A stretch of DNA of 57,131 nucleotides from Myxococcota bacterium (GTDB lineage Bacteria > Myxococcota_A > UBA9160 > SMWR01), in contig JAZFUU010000056.1 of NCBI GenBank assembly GCA_036447375.1, forward strand, positions 1 through 57,131, given 5' to 3'. The stretch's first letter is position 1. Each line of letters starts with the position of its first letter. Under the pieces are notes generated by a model. It worked only from the letters and a program-made list of their open reading frames with translations. It ran no database searches and was not told the DNA's origin. The translations under genes and the position numbers were made by a program. Positions 1-11,301 of the stretch are shown here, one piece after another.

Positions 1-496
<496 letters not shown>

Positions 497-614
497 GCGA
501 CTCTCCTCTGAGCGTTGCGCCGCCCGGGGGGGCCCAACGCGGCTCTGGGTTGAATATTCGGTGTGGTCCACCGTGCCCGGCCCCCATGGCCTGGCCGGGG
601 TGTCCACCGGCATC

Positions 615-641
615 TTGGCACTCGATGGACTCGAGTGCCAA
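615..641. promoter_or_regulatory. CIRCE operator (HrcA site), variant TTGGCACTC-N9-GAGTGCCAA
   Basis: Perfect inverted repeat with 9-nt spacer; one compensatory change from TTAGCACTC-N9-GAGTGCTAA; upstream of groES. Confidence 0.9.
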
Positions 642-651
642 GTCGCGTCGC

Positions 652-680
652 AATGTATGCCCGACCGGCGGTCCACGCAA
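652..680 (-). promoter_or_regulatory. putative sigma70 promoter of groES-groEL
   Basis: Minus strand TTGCGT-N17-TACATT directly upstream of CIRCE. Confidence 0.6.
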
Positions 681-708
681 GGTGATCGCCCCGGTTCGGA
701 GGAATCTC

Positions 709-736
709 TTGACTTTCGCCTCGATTTCGTCATCTT
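709..736 (+). promoter_or_regulatory. putative sigma70 promoter of lexA
   Basis: TTGACT-N16-CATCTT. Confidence 0.45.
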
Positions 737-757
737 GCCGGCGAAACAAACACGAAG
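714..757. promoter_or_regulatory. candidate LexA operators (two inverted TTCG-N7-TTCG direct repeats)
   Basis: TTCG-N7-TTCG at 715-729 and CGAA-N7-CGAA at 742-756, overlapping the lexA promoter. Confidence 0.45.
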
Positions 758-768
758 GCGATCAGCCC

Positions 769-1371
769 ATGGCACTGACTCGTCGCCAGCGCGAGATCTA
801 CGACTTCATCCGCAGTTTCGTGGGCAGCAAGGGCTACTCGCCCAGTCTCGAGGAGATCGGGGCTCACTTTCGTCTCTCGTCCGTAGCGACGGTGCATAAA
901 CATGTGCAGCACCTGGTCGAGAAGGGATTCCTCCGGAAGGCCTGGAATCGCTCCCGATCCGTGGAGCCGATCGAGCCGCCGAAGTCGAGCTGGGTATCCC
1001 TGCCGTTGCTGGGGATCGTCGCCGCGGGCGCGCCGATCGAGGCCATCGAGGTTTCCGAGACGATCGATGTTCCCCAACACATGGTGCCGCGGCGGGGGGA
1101 GAGCTTCGTGTTGCGGGTCCAGGGCGATTCGATGATCGACGAGCAGATCCGCAGTGGCGATTTCGTGATCGTCGAGAGCCGTTCGGAGGCCCGAGACGGT
1201 GAGACCGTGGTGGCTCTGGTTCGAGGCGAGGAAGTCACACTCAAGCGCTTCTACCGGCGGGGGAGCGAGGTGCGACTCCAGCCCGCCAACGAGCGGATGC
1301 ACCCGATCGACCTGCCCGCCCAAGACGTTCAGATCCGCGGAGTCGTTCGCGGCCTGATGCGCAGCTACTAG
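769..1371 (+). CDS. lexA: SOS repressor LexA
   Basis: [14 protein letters not shown] wHTH; VAAG cleavage site; GDSM catalytic Ser; TLKR catalytic Lys. Confidence 0.96.
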   Translation: MALTRRQREIYDFIRSFVGSKGYSPSLEEIGAHFRLSSVATVHKHVQHLVEKGFLRKAWNRSRSVEPIEPPKSSWVSLPLLGIVAAGAPIEAIEVSETIDVPQHMVPRRGESFVLRVQGDSMIDEQIRSGDFVIVESRSEARDGETVVALVRGEEVTLKRFYRRGSEVRLQPANERMHPIDLPAQDVQIRGVVRGLMRSY

Positions 1372-1453
1372 ACGGCTGCCGCCGGGGTTCGTCGACGGGC
1401 CCGATCCTCTGCTACCTTCCGAAGATCGTTTTTAATTTCAATAGGTTGCGGAA

Positions 1454-1861
1454 TTGTTCCGGATCACACGAGCAATCGACTTCTGCTGCTCCCTCCGATA
1501 CCGGTTGCCCGATCTCAGCGATGAGGCGAATCGCGAGCTCTTCGGGCCGCTGGCGACCCAACACGGTCACAACTACCGCCTGGAGGTGACCCTGCGGGGG
1601 CAACCGGATCCCGTGACCGGAATGCTTCTCGACCTCAAGGATCTGCAGGTGATCCTCGATCGCGAAATCATGGCTCGTTTCGACCATCGCGACCTGAATA
1701 GCGATACCCCCTTCTTCGAGAAGCGGCCGCCCACGCCCGAGAATCTGGCCGGCGTCATACACGGTCTGCTCCTCGATTCGCTGCCCGAGGGCCTCCTCGA
1801 TCGAACCCGGCTTCGGCAGGACGATCGACTCTGGGTCGACGTCTCGGAGGGTCGCGCGTGA
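1454..1861 (+). CDS. PTPS/QueD-fold protein with degenerate active site
   Basis: HGHNYRLEV, GMLLDL, FDHRDLN and PTPENLA motifs; no catalytic Cys before HGH; TTG start uncertain. Confidence 0.8.
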   Translation: MFRITRAIDFCCSLRYRLPDLSDEANRELFGPLATQHGHNYRLEVTLRGQPDPVTGMLLDLKDLQVILDREIMARFDHRDLNSDTPFFEKRPPTPENLAGVIHGLLLDSLPEGLLDRTRLRQDDRLWVDVSEGRA

Positions 1862-2348
1862 GGAACTCGGCGGCCGTCGACCCGACGACCATCGCCGTGA
1901 CGCGGCGTTACACGTTTCCGGCCGCCCACGTGCTGCGCCACCCGTCCTTCTCGGATTCCGAGAATCAGCGGGTCTACGGAAAGTGCGCGAATCCGTCGGG
2001 CCACGGTCACAATTACGGGATCGAAGTATCGGTGACGGGGCCCGTCGACGAGCGGATGGGGTGGGTGGTGGATCCCGCCGTGCTCGACGCGACCTTCGAC
2101 GCGCAGGTTCGCGGGCGCTTCGCCCACCGTTTGCTCAACGACCTAGCTGAGTTCTCCAGCCAGGTACCCACGGCGGAGAACCTGGCTCAAGCGATCTACG
2201 CTTCGCTGGCCGAGCCGCTGGCCGATTGCAGCTCGGCGTGTCTTGTGGAGGTGCGCGTGGTGGAGACGCGCCGAAACTCCTTCACCTACCGTCCTTCACC
2301 TACAGAAACCCGGAGCGAACCCACCACCCAAATGAGCCAAACGACCCC

Positions 2349-2352
<4 letters not shown>
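1858..2352 (+). CDS. 6-pyruvoyl-tetrahydropterin synthase family (PTPS-II-like C-x5-HGH motif)
   Basis: FPAAH...[13 protein letters not shown]...PTAENLA...VET; GTGA overlap with previous gene. Confidence 0.88.
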
Positions 2353-2930
<578 letters not shown>

Positions 2931-2953
2931 TTCTCGGGGCTGGCTCCAGACCG

Positions 2954-4474
2954 TTAGCGTGGGCCGCGGATGGCTTCGAGGTTGACGTTGAGCTCACCGC
3001 TCGCGACGAGTTTCGAGCGGCGATCTTCGACCCAGGCCCCGATCTGGGCGTCGCGCTTCTCGGTCAGCAGACGCTCCTGCTCCGCATCGATCTGGGCTTC
3101 GATGGTCTGGCTGTCCGCTGCCTTCGACTCGAACAGCTGAACCAGGACGAGCTTCTTCCCCACCTCGAAGATTCGCTCGGAACTCTCGCCCTCGGCTAGC
3201 GTGAAGGCGGTGGCCAGCAGATCCTGACTGGCTCCGAGCCCGGGGACGTATCCGTCGGGTCGGCGACGAATCCAGCCGCTTCGCTCCAGCGTCAGGTGCT
3301 CGGCTCGAGCGGCTTCTTCCAGACTCCGGCCCCCGCGTATCCCATCGACGAGAACATTCGCCAGGGCGCTGCGGGCGGCGTGCGTCGCGTCGGCCGCCAA
3401 CACTTCCCGCGCCAGATCTTCCCGCACCGATTCAAACGGCCGCAGCTCGGCCCGTCGATGTTCCTCGACCCGGATGATGTGGAATCCGAATTCGCTGCGG
3501 ACGGGCTCGCTGACCTGTCCCGGCTCGAGCTCGAACGCCACCTCTTCGAAGGCGGGTACCATCCGCCCCCTCTCGAATTCCCCCAGGTCGCCGCCCCGCT
3601 GCCGGGACCCCGGATCCTGGCTCTCGCGTTCCGCGACCGCGGAAAAGTCGGCTCCGCCGCGGATCTCCTCGAGCAGCGCCTCGGCGGCCGCGCGCACCTC
3701 CTGTTCGCGCTCCGCGTCGGCATCGGGCTCGACCTTCAGAAGAATATGCCGAGCCTGTACGCGTTCGGGGGTGTCGTAGCGGTCCGAATGCTCGCTGTAG
3801 AGGGCTCGGGCCTCGGACTCGCGATCCTCCAGGAATTCCCGGACCCGCGCCTCATCGATCTCGGAGGTTTCCTCCGCTTCGCCGAGCTCCAGCAACACGA
3901 ATGCGATGCGAATTTCCGCGAGCTTCCGGACCAGGGCGGCTCGGGCCTCTGGGCGGGAGACGCGCGAGTAGCCGTCGAGCAACCGCATCATCTTTCTGGC
4001 CAGCAGGACCATATGCTGATCGCTCATGAAGTTGCGCTCGTTCCCGTACTCGTACTCCGCCCAGTTTTCGTAGGCCTGCCGATCGAAGCGCCCGGACTCG
4101 TCGCGGAAGCCCCCCCCCGCAAGCACAGAGCGTTCGATCTCCTTGCGCGACACGGTCAGGCCCAGAGCCTCGGCTTCCAGGGCCAGGATCGCCCGATCTA
4201 CCAGGGTCCGGGCAGCGGCGTCGTCCAGGGTGTCGCGCATCGCGCGGGCGTCGTATTCGTCGCCCAGCGCGTTTTGGTACACGCTCTCGCGCTGAGCCCG
4301 GGTGCGTTCGAATGCGCGGATGTCGAACTGATGGGGGCCGACCTGGACGACGGTCCTGCTCGATCCCCCGCGCAGGGGGCCCCCCAGACCGATGAAGAAG
4401 ACCATGGCGCCGCCGATGCCCACGACGAAGATCGCAGTCATCCAGCGCTGTCCTTTTCGCAAGACGTCCAACAT
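2954..4474 (-). CDS. PpiD/SurA-type membrane-anchored parvulin peptidyl-prolyl isomerase
   Basis: N-terminal TM, SurA_N-like region, ARHIL...SQDPGS..GGDLG...MVPAFE...SEFGFHII. Confidence 0.9.
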   Translation of the reverse strand: MLDVLRKGQRWMTAIFVVGIGGAMVFFIGLGGPLRGGSSRTVVQVGPHQFDIRAFERTRAQRESVYQNALGDEYDARAMRDTLDDAAARTLVDRAILALEAEALGLTVSRKEIERSVLAGGGFRDESGRFDRQAYENWAEYEYGNERNFMSDQHMVLLARKMMRLLDGYSRVSRPEARAALVRKLAEIRIAFVLLELGEAEETSEIDEARVREFLEDRESEARALYSEHSDRYDTPERVQARHILLKVEPDADAEREQEVRAAAEALLEEIRGGADFSAVAERESQDPGSRQRGGDLGEFERGRMVPAFEEVAFELEPGQVSEPVRSEFGFHIIRVEEHRRAELRPFESVREDLAREVLAADATHAARSALANVLVDGIRGGRSLEEAARAEHLTLERSGWIRRRPDGYVPGLGASQDLLATAFTLAEGESSERIFEVGKKLVLVQLFESKAADSQTIEAQIDAEQERLLTEKRDAQIGAWVEDRRSKLVASGELNVNLEAIRGPR

Positions 4475-4532
4475 CGCGCCCCAGACTACGGGTGGGGTCG
4501 CGGTCCGGCAAGCGTTTCGGGTCGGGCCTCGC

Positions 4533-4561
4533 TTGAAGCGACCCGAGACCGTTGGTAGGAT
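4533..4561 (+). promoter_or_regulatory. putative sigma70 promoter of mreBCD operon
   Basis: TTGAAG-N17-TAGGAT with extended TGn. Confidence 0.55.
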
Positions 4562-4634
4562 GCGCGCGGGATGGGGATCTGCTTAATCGCCCTGATAAAA
4601 CGGTAACTTAGATGAACTCCCCGAAACGGGGTGA

Positions 4635-5696
<1,062 letters not shown>

Positions 5697-5720
5697 CGGG
5701 CTCGGTCCAATAAGGGATTC

Positions 5721-6626
5721 ATGGGCGAATTCGGCCGCCGAGTACGCACCGTTATCCTGGCCACCGCGCTGGTCGCGGTGGCCTTGGTGAGCATGGTGTC
5801 CGACCGGCGTGCGCTTCTCGATGGCAGGGCCGAATTGCCCTGGGGGGTCGGCGCGTTCGTCGATGTCGCCCGCAGTCTCCAGGAGATCATCACCCTGCCC
5901 GTCGATTTCCTGGGCGATGGCTGGGACCACTATGTCGCGCTGGTGGGTGTCGGCGAGGAGAACGTTCGCCTGCGGGGACGGATCTCGGTCATGGCCGAGG
6001 AGAACCTCCAGCTGCGAGAGGCGCTGGTTGCGAGCGGACGCCTTCAGCAGATCGCCGAGATGCGCGAAGGCTTTGAGATTCCGATGCTGCCGTCAGAGCT
6101 CGTGGGAGGTGATGCCTCTCCCTGGTTCCGGTCGGTGCTTTTCGATCGAGGCCGAGTTCATGGCGTGCGTTCGGGCATGCCGGTGATCTCCGAGGACGGT
6201 CTGGTGGGCCTGGTCACCTCGGCTTCGCGCTACTCGGCTCGGTCGATGCTTCTGCTCGACCGTCAGAGCGCCGTCGATGGCACCGTGCAGCGAAGTCGTG
6301 CGCGCGGCATCGTGCGTGGTCGCGGGGTCGACGATCTCGAATTCGAGTTTGTGGTGCGGGGTGGGGACGTTCGCGTGGATGACGTGATCGTCACGTCGGG
6401 ACTGGGCGGTGTGTACCCCAAGGGCCTTCGGATCGGACGGGTGACCAAGGTCTCGGACCCCGGCGCGCGCCTGATCCAGCACGCCACGATCGATCCCGCT
6501 GTCGACTTCGGTCGCCTCGAGCAGGTTTTCGTGATGCTTCGCCGCGGTCCGACGATGGAGCTGCTCTACGAGTCCGAAGAGCGAGACGAGTTGGCCGATG
6601 CGGCGCCGCCTCGTCCGACTTCATGA
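5721..6626 (+). CDS. mreC: rod shape-determining protein MreC
   Basis: TM, coiled coil, GLVG, VTSGLGGVYPKGLRIG; synteny. Confidence 0.93.
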   Translation: MGEFGRRVRTVILATALVAVALVSMVSDRRALLDGRAELPWGVGAFVDVARSLQEIITLPVDFLGDGWDHYVALVGVGEENVRLRGRISVMAEENLQLREALVASGRLQQIAEMREGFEIPMLPSELVGGDASPWFRSVLFDRGRVHGVRSGMPVISEDGLVGLVTSASRYSARSMLLLDRQSAVDGTVQRSRARGIVRGRGVDDLEFEFVVRGGDVRVDDVIVTSGLGGVYPKGLRIGRVTKVSDPGARLIQHATIDPAVDFGRLEQVFVMLRRGPTMELLYESEERDELADAAPPRPTS

Positions 6627-7174
6627 AAACCGGGCCCATCAGAACCGGACTGGCGATTCTGGGGATGGGCGCATTGGCGATCGTGTTCCAGGGCGCCGTG
6701 GCCGGCACCGTGTCGCCTCCCTGGTGTCCCGACCTGGGTTTCTTGGTCGTCATCGCCCTGGGGCCGCGTCTCGCCAACGGCTCCGTGGGCCTCACCCTGG
6801 CCGCCGCCCTCGGTTACCTCTCCGATCTCTTGTCGGGATCCCTGCTCGGCCAGCATGCGCTGCTGCGGATGTTGGCCTTCGGAGCGGCCCGACGGGCCGG
6901 CCGTCAGCTCGACCTGCGCGGGGTGTTGCCCCAGGCTGTGTTCGCGGGTTCCCTGAGCGGCCTCAACGGGTTGGCCTTTGCCGTGGTGACCGCCTTCTTC
7001 GTCGGATCCGGCTTCGGTTGGCCAGCTCCGACGTCGCTCCTTGCCCACGCCGTCGTCGACGCGGTCTTTGCGCCTCTGGTCGCGCTCGGCGTGGACCGGC
7101 TCCTGGCCTGGGTCGGCGAAGACGATGCGGGACGCCGCTTGATGCGTTTCGAGCCCAGGGGGAAGCTGGTGTGA
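6623..7174 (+). CDS. mreD: rod shape-determining protein MreD
   Basis: Hydrophobic; PDL and GYLSDLLSG motifs; position in mre operon. Confidence 0.85.
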   Translation: MKTGPIRTGLAILGMGALAIVFQGAVAGTVSPPWCPDLGFLVVIALGPRLANGSVGLTLAAALGYLSDLLSGSLLGQHALLRMLAFGAARRAGRQLDLRGVLPQAVFAGSLSGLNGLAFAVVTAFFVGSGFGWPAPTSLLAHAVVDAVFAPLVALGVDRLLAWVGEDDAGRRLMRFEPRGKLV

Positions 7175-9096
7175 TCCGGGGCGGGGGTCTGCGCGGCCGA
7201 CTCCGACCCGGGGTCGATTCCGCGGTCGAAGAACGCTTGCCCCTCGTCGGATTCGTGATCGTGGCGGTATTCGTCGCCTTCACGGTCCGGTTGTTCCAGC
7301 TCCAGGTCATCGAGAGCGACCGCTTGCGGCTCCGATCACAGCTCAACTCCGTGCGTACGGTCCGTCTGGAAGCTCCCCGAGGTGACGTGCTGGACCGTGA
7401 GGGGCGCGTCCTCGCGACGACCCGCCCGGCCTTCGGGATCCAGGTGATCCCCCACGATCTGCGCAATCCAGAGGTGGTCTTCTCTGCGTTGGGGCTGCTT
7501 CTCGACGAAGACCCGGAGAAGTTCCAGCAGCGGGTCGGGACGCCGACGGGACGCCAGCGTTTCGCCGTCCTGCGCCTGGCCGGGGATCTGAAGCACGACC
7601 AGATGGCGCGGGTCGAATCTCATCTCTTCGCGCTCCCAGGGATCGTCTCCGACGTGCGACCTCGTCGGTACTACGTTGGCGGTGAGCTGGCTGCTCACCT
7701 GCTGGGGCACATCGGCGAGATCGGGCGGGAACAGCTGGGGAAGGGCGAGTTCAAGGGCTACCGAGCGGGCGAGGTCATTGGGCAGTCCGGTGTGGAGGCT
7801 CTTTTCGAAAGCCATCTGCGCGGTCGTGCCGGGGGTCGGAATCAGGTAGTCGACGTCGCCGGACGCGTGATGGAGGTGCTCGACGAAGTCGAGCCCCTGC
7901 CCGGCGGGACCGTCACGCTCACCCTCGACCGCGACCTCCAGAAAGTGGCCGAAGAGGCGTTCCTTCCCACGGTGCTGGGCGGTCCGGCGAAGGTCGGCGC
8001 CGTGGTGGTCCTCGACCCCCGCAATGGAGACGTGCTGGCGCTGGTTTCCAAACCCGCCTACGACCCCAATGACTTTGCCGGGGGAATCGATCCGGCGACC
8101 TGGTCGCGACTCATCTCCGACGAGCGCGTGCCCCTCCAAAATCGGGCTCTGGCCGGACAGTATCCCCCGGGCTCGACCTACAAGGTGATCGTGGCCGCGG
8201 CGGGTCTGGAGGAGGGGGTGATCGATCCAGAGAAGCAGATCTTCTGCCCCGGTCATTTCAGGCTCGGCCGCCGGAGCTATGGCTGTTGGAAGCGCGGGGG
8301 GCATGGCGCGGTGGACCTGCATCGAGCCCTGGTGGAATCGTGTGACGTCTATTTTTATCAGGTTGGACTGGAGCTGGGCATCGAGCGCCTGGCTCGCTAC
8401 GGACGGGCGTTCAGCTTCGGTCGGCGGACCGGGATCCGGGTCGGGCAGGAGGCGGCGGGCCTGGTTCCGACGCCCGAATGGAAACTGCGACGCCACGGCG
8501 AGGGCTGGCTGAAGGGCGAGACCGTGTCGGCCTCGATAGGTCAAGGCTTCAACCTCGTCACGCCGCTTCAAATGGCCGTCGCTTTCGCCGCGGTCGCCAA
8601 CGGGGGCAAGCTGGTGCGGCCGCGAGTGCTCTTGAGGCGAAACAGTCGGGATGGGCCGATCGACGAAGATCTCGAGGGAGACATTCGAGGCACCCTGCCG
8701 GTGGCGTCTGAGCATCTGGCCCGGATTCGCGCGGGCCTGGAGGGCGCCGTGGGCGACCCCCACGGGACCGGCGGACGGGCGCGGATTCGCGGAATCAGCG
8801 TGGCTGGCAAGACCGGAACGGTGCAGGTCGTGTCGCTGGAGCAGACCGAAGGCACCGCGGACGAAGACATTCCCGTTCGGTTTCGCGATCACGCCTGGTT
8901 CGTGGCGTATGCCCCCAGCGATGCTCCCGAGATCGTGGTGTCGGTGCTCGTGGAACACGGGGGCCACGGCGGCAGCGCCGCCGCCCCGATCGCCCAGCGG
9001 GTGATGTCGCGGTACTTCGAAAAGCGGAGGGAGATGGAGGCCATCCAGCTCGCTGGGATTTCTGCCGAACGGGGGGGTGATCGTGCTGGGAATTGA
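7171..9096 (+). CDS. mrdA: penicillin-binding protein 2
   Basis: APRG, PPGSTYK (SxxK), SCD, GKTGT; GTG start overlapping mreD stop. Confidence 0.94.
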   Translation: MIRGGGLRGRLRPGVDSAVEERLPLVGFVIVAVFVAFTVRLFQLQVIESDRLRLRSQLNSVRTVRLEAPRGDVLDREGRVLATTRPAFGIQVIPHDLRNPEVVFSALGLLLDEDPEKFQQRVGTPTGRQRFAVLRLAGDLKHDQMARVESHLFALPGIVSDVRPRRYYVGGELAAHLLGHIGEIGREQLGKGEFKGYRAGEVIGQSGVEALFESHLRGRAGGRNQVVDVAGRVMEVLDEVEPLPGGTVTLTLDRDLQKVAEEAFLPTVLGGPAKVGAVVVLDPRNGDVLALVSKPAYDPNDFAGGIDPATWSRLISDERVPLQNRALAGQYPPGSTYKVIVAAAGLEEGVIDPEKQIFCPGHFRLGRRSYGCWKRGGHGAVDLHRALVESCDVYFYQVGLELGIERLARYGRAFSFGRRTGIRVGQEAAGLVPTPEWKLRRHGEGWLKGETVSASIGQGFNLVTPLQMAVAFAAVANGGKLVRPRVLLRRNSRDGPIDEDLEGDIRGTLPVASEHLARIRAGLEGAVGDPHGTGGRARIRGISVAGKTGTVQVVSLEQTEGTADEDIPVRFRDHAWFVAYAPSDAPEIVVSVLVEHGGHGGSAAAPIAQRVMSRYFEKRREMEAIQLAGISAERGGDRAGN

Positions 9097-10180
9097 CCGG
9101 CGGCTGCTCCAGAACTTCGATTGGATGCTTCTGGCACTGGCGGCCGGACTGGTGGGCATCGGGTTGATCAATCTCGTTTCCGCCACCTCGGGAGGCCAGG
9201 CGATCTCGGAGGTGGTACGCCGTCAGTTGATGTCACTGGGGGTCGGAGCCGCCGTATTGGTGGTCGTCGTAGCGATCGACTACCGCCACTTCGAACGGAT
9301 GGCGCTCCCCGTTTTCATCGCGGCGATGCTCTTGCTCGTGGCCACTCTGGTGATTGCGCCGATCACCCGCGGGAGCCAGAGCTGGCTTCTTGGCGATCGG
9401 GTCCAGCCCTCGGAATTTGCACGGGTCGCGCTCATTCTCGGCCTGGCTCGCCGCTTCCAGCGCTACCCGGCGGGTGAAATTCGTCGACTGCGCGATCTCG
9501 CGGTTCCCGCGGCCATCACGATGATTCCCGTGATGCTGATCGTCCTGCAACGGGACATGGGAGTCGCGCTGCTCACGCTTCTGACCGCGTCGACCTATCT
9601 TGCGTTCGTGCGCATTCCCTGGCGCGCATGGCTGGGCATGGTCGCGATCGCTCTCGTCGGGCTCGCGACGCTCTGGGTGTTCGTGCTTGCGCCGTATCAG
9701 CGAGATCGAATTCTCGACGTCTGGGACCCGTCGCGAGACCCTCTCGCCTCGGGATATCAGGCGAATCAGTCGCGAATCGCCGTGGGCTCGGGGGGGCTGT
9801 TGGGAGCCGGCTATGGTGAGGGCACGCAGACCCAGCTTCGCTTTCTCCCGACCCAACACACCGATTTCGCGTTCTCGGTTCTCGCCGAGGAGTGGGGGTT
9901 CGTGGGCAGTACCCTGGTACTCGGCCTGTATCTGGTGCTCCTGTTGTGGGGACTCGTGGTGGCGCGCACCTCCAAGGACAGCTTTGGTGCAATGCTCGCG
10001 GTGGGGGTGGTCGGGGCGTTGTTCTGGCCAGCGGTTCTCAATATCGGAATGGTGTTGGGCCTGGCACCGGTCATCGGAGTTCCGCTGCCGCTCTTTTCCT
10101 ACGGTGGCTCAGCGCTCGTCTCCGCCCTCATCGGACTGGGTCTGCTCCTCAACGTGTCGATGCGACGCTACGTGTTCTGA
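9077..10180 (+). CDS. rodA: SEDS peptidoglycan polymerase RodA
   Basis: QPSEF, HTDFAFSVLAEEWG, PLFSYGGS. Confidence 0.95.
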   Translation: MIVLGIDRRLLQNFDWMLLALAAGLVGIGLINLVSATSGGQAISEVVRRQLMSLGVGAAVLVVVVAIDYRHFERMALPVFIAAMLLLVATLVIAPITRGSQSWLLGDRVQPSEFARVALILGLARRFQRYPAGEIRRLRDLAVPAAITMIPVMLIVLQRDMGVALLTLLTASTYLAFVRIPWRAWLGMVAIALVGLATLWVFVLAPYQRDRILDVWDPSRDPLASGYQANQSRIAVGSGGLLGAGYGEGTQTQLRFLPTQHTDFAFSVLAEEWGFVGSTLVLGLYLVLLLWGLVVARTSKDSFGAMLAVGVVGALFWPAVLNIGMVLGLAPVIGVPLPLFSYGGSALVSALIGLGLLLNVSMRRYVF

Positions 10181-10197
10181 CGGGCTAGCATCGCCCG

Positions 10198-10890
10198 ATG
10201 GCTGCGCCGGTCCAGAGCCGTCCGCGCCCCGCGGTGGGCGCCTTCTTCGACATGGACAAGACCCTGATCGCGGAGAACTCCGGCAGTCTCTTCATGCGAT
10301 ACCGCTACCAGCGTGGCGAGATCAGCGGGTTTGACCTGTTGAAGGGTCTAGGCGCCTATCTGCAATACAAGCTGGGCGTGTTGGACATTCGCAACTGGAC
10401 CAAGAACATGATGCTTCAATTTCGCGGTCAGAGCGAAAAGGAGCTCGAGGAGGAAGCGGAGCGGTGGTTCGACGAGATGGTGGCTGCGACGATCTATCCA
10501 GATGCCGAGGCGCTGGTTCGCGAGCACGCATCCGCGGGGCACGTGGTGGCGATCGTATCGGGCGCGAGCAAGTTCGTGGTTCGCCCACTGGCGCGGAGAC
10601 TCGGGATTTCGCACTTCCTCTACACGCGCCTCGAGGTCGAAGCGGGTCGGTTCACGGGTCGCGTGATCGAGCCCATCTGCTTCGAAGAAGGCAAGATCTA
10701 TTGGCTGCAACAATTCATCGAAGAGCAGGGGATCGAGCTGGCGAAGAGCTACTTCTACACCGACTCGATCACCGACCTGCCTCTACTCGGCATCGTGGGG
10801 CACCCGGTCGCCGCCAATCCGGACCCCTTGCTCTACCGCGTCGCGGTGCGACGCCGCTGGCCGGTGCGCTTCTTTCGCGAACCTAGCTGA
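10198..10890 (+). CDS. HAD-IB family hydrolase
   Basis: FFDMDKTL, IVSGA, EGK, YTDSITDLP, ANPD. Confidence 0.9.
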   Translation: MAAPVQSRPRPAVGAFFDMDKTLIAENSGSLFMRYRYQRGEISGFDLLKGLGAYLQYKLGVLDIRNWTKNMMLQFRGQSEKELEEEAERWFDEMVAATIYPDAEALVREHASAGHVVAIVSGASKFVVRPLARRLGISHFLYTRLEVEAGRFTGRVIEPICFEEGKIYWLQQFIEEQGIELAKSYFYTDSITDLPLLGIVGHPVAANPDPLLYRVAVRRRWPVRFFREPS

Positions 10891-11215
10891 GCAGGTTCTT
10901 GGCCATCGTGTCGAGCTGCCCCTTGACCCCCTTCGGGGCGCCCACGATCTGCTCGATGACCTCTCCGTTCTTGAAGGCGAGCACCGTCGGTATGGAGCGG
11001 ATGCCGTATCGCCCGGGCGTACTCGGGTTCGCGTCGATGTCCATTTTTACGATTTTCACGCGGTCGCCGTACTCGGCGGCGAGTTCGCTGATGATGGGTG
11101 AGATCATGCGGCAGGGGCCGCACCACTCCGCCCAGAAGTCGATGATCGCGGGCTTGTCGGACTTCAGGATTTCGGCATCGAAGGTCTGATCGCTCACTTC
11201 GCCAACTTCGGACAT
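10883..11215 (-). CDS. trxA: thioredoxin
   Basis: DFWAEWCGPC, IRSIPT. Confidence 0.95.
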   Translation of the reverse strand: MSEVGEVSDQTFDAEILKSDKPAIIDFWAEWCGPCRMISPIISELAAEYGDRVKIVKMDIDANPSTPGRYGIRSIPTVLAFKNGEVIEQIVGAPKGVKGQLDTMAKNLLS

Positions 11216-11301
11216 GACTTCTCCTCGCGGGCAACGAGATCCAAGGGTACCACCGCTCAGCCCTTTCGGATCTTTTTGTTTTTACTACGTTTTTTCATCA
11301 G

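Noticed and set aside
1436-1448. IHF-like site TTTCAA-tagg-TTG (similar AT-rich patches near 4595 and 11275)
   Set aside because: Degenerate motif; cannot be told from ordinary promoter AT-richness
7336-9186. 616-aa ORF antisense to mrdA (likewise 11257-12867, 15668-17377, 39902-41644 and others)
   Set aside because: Antisense shadows with no recognisable motifs
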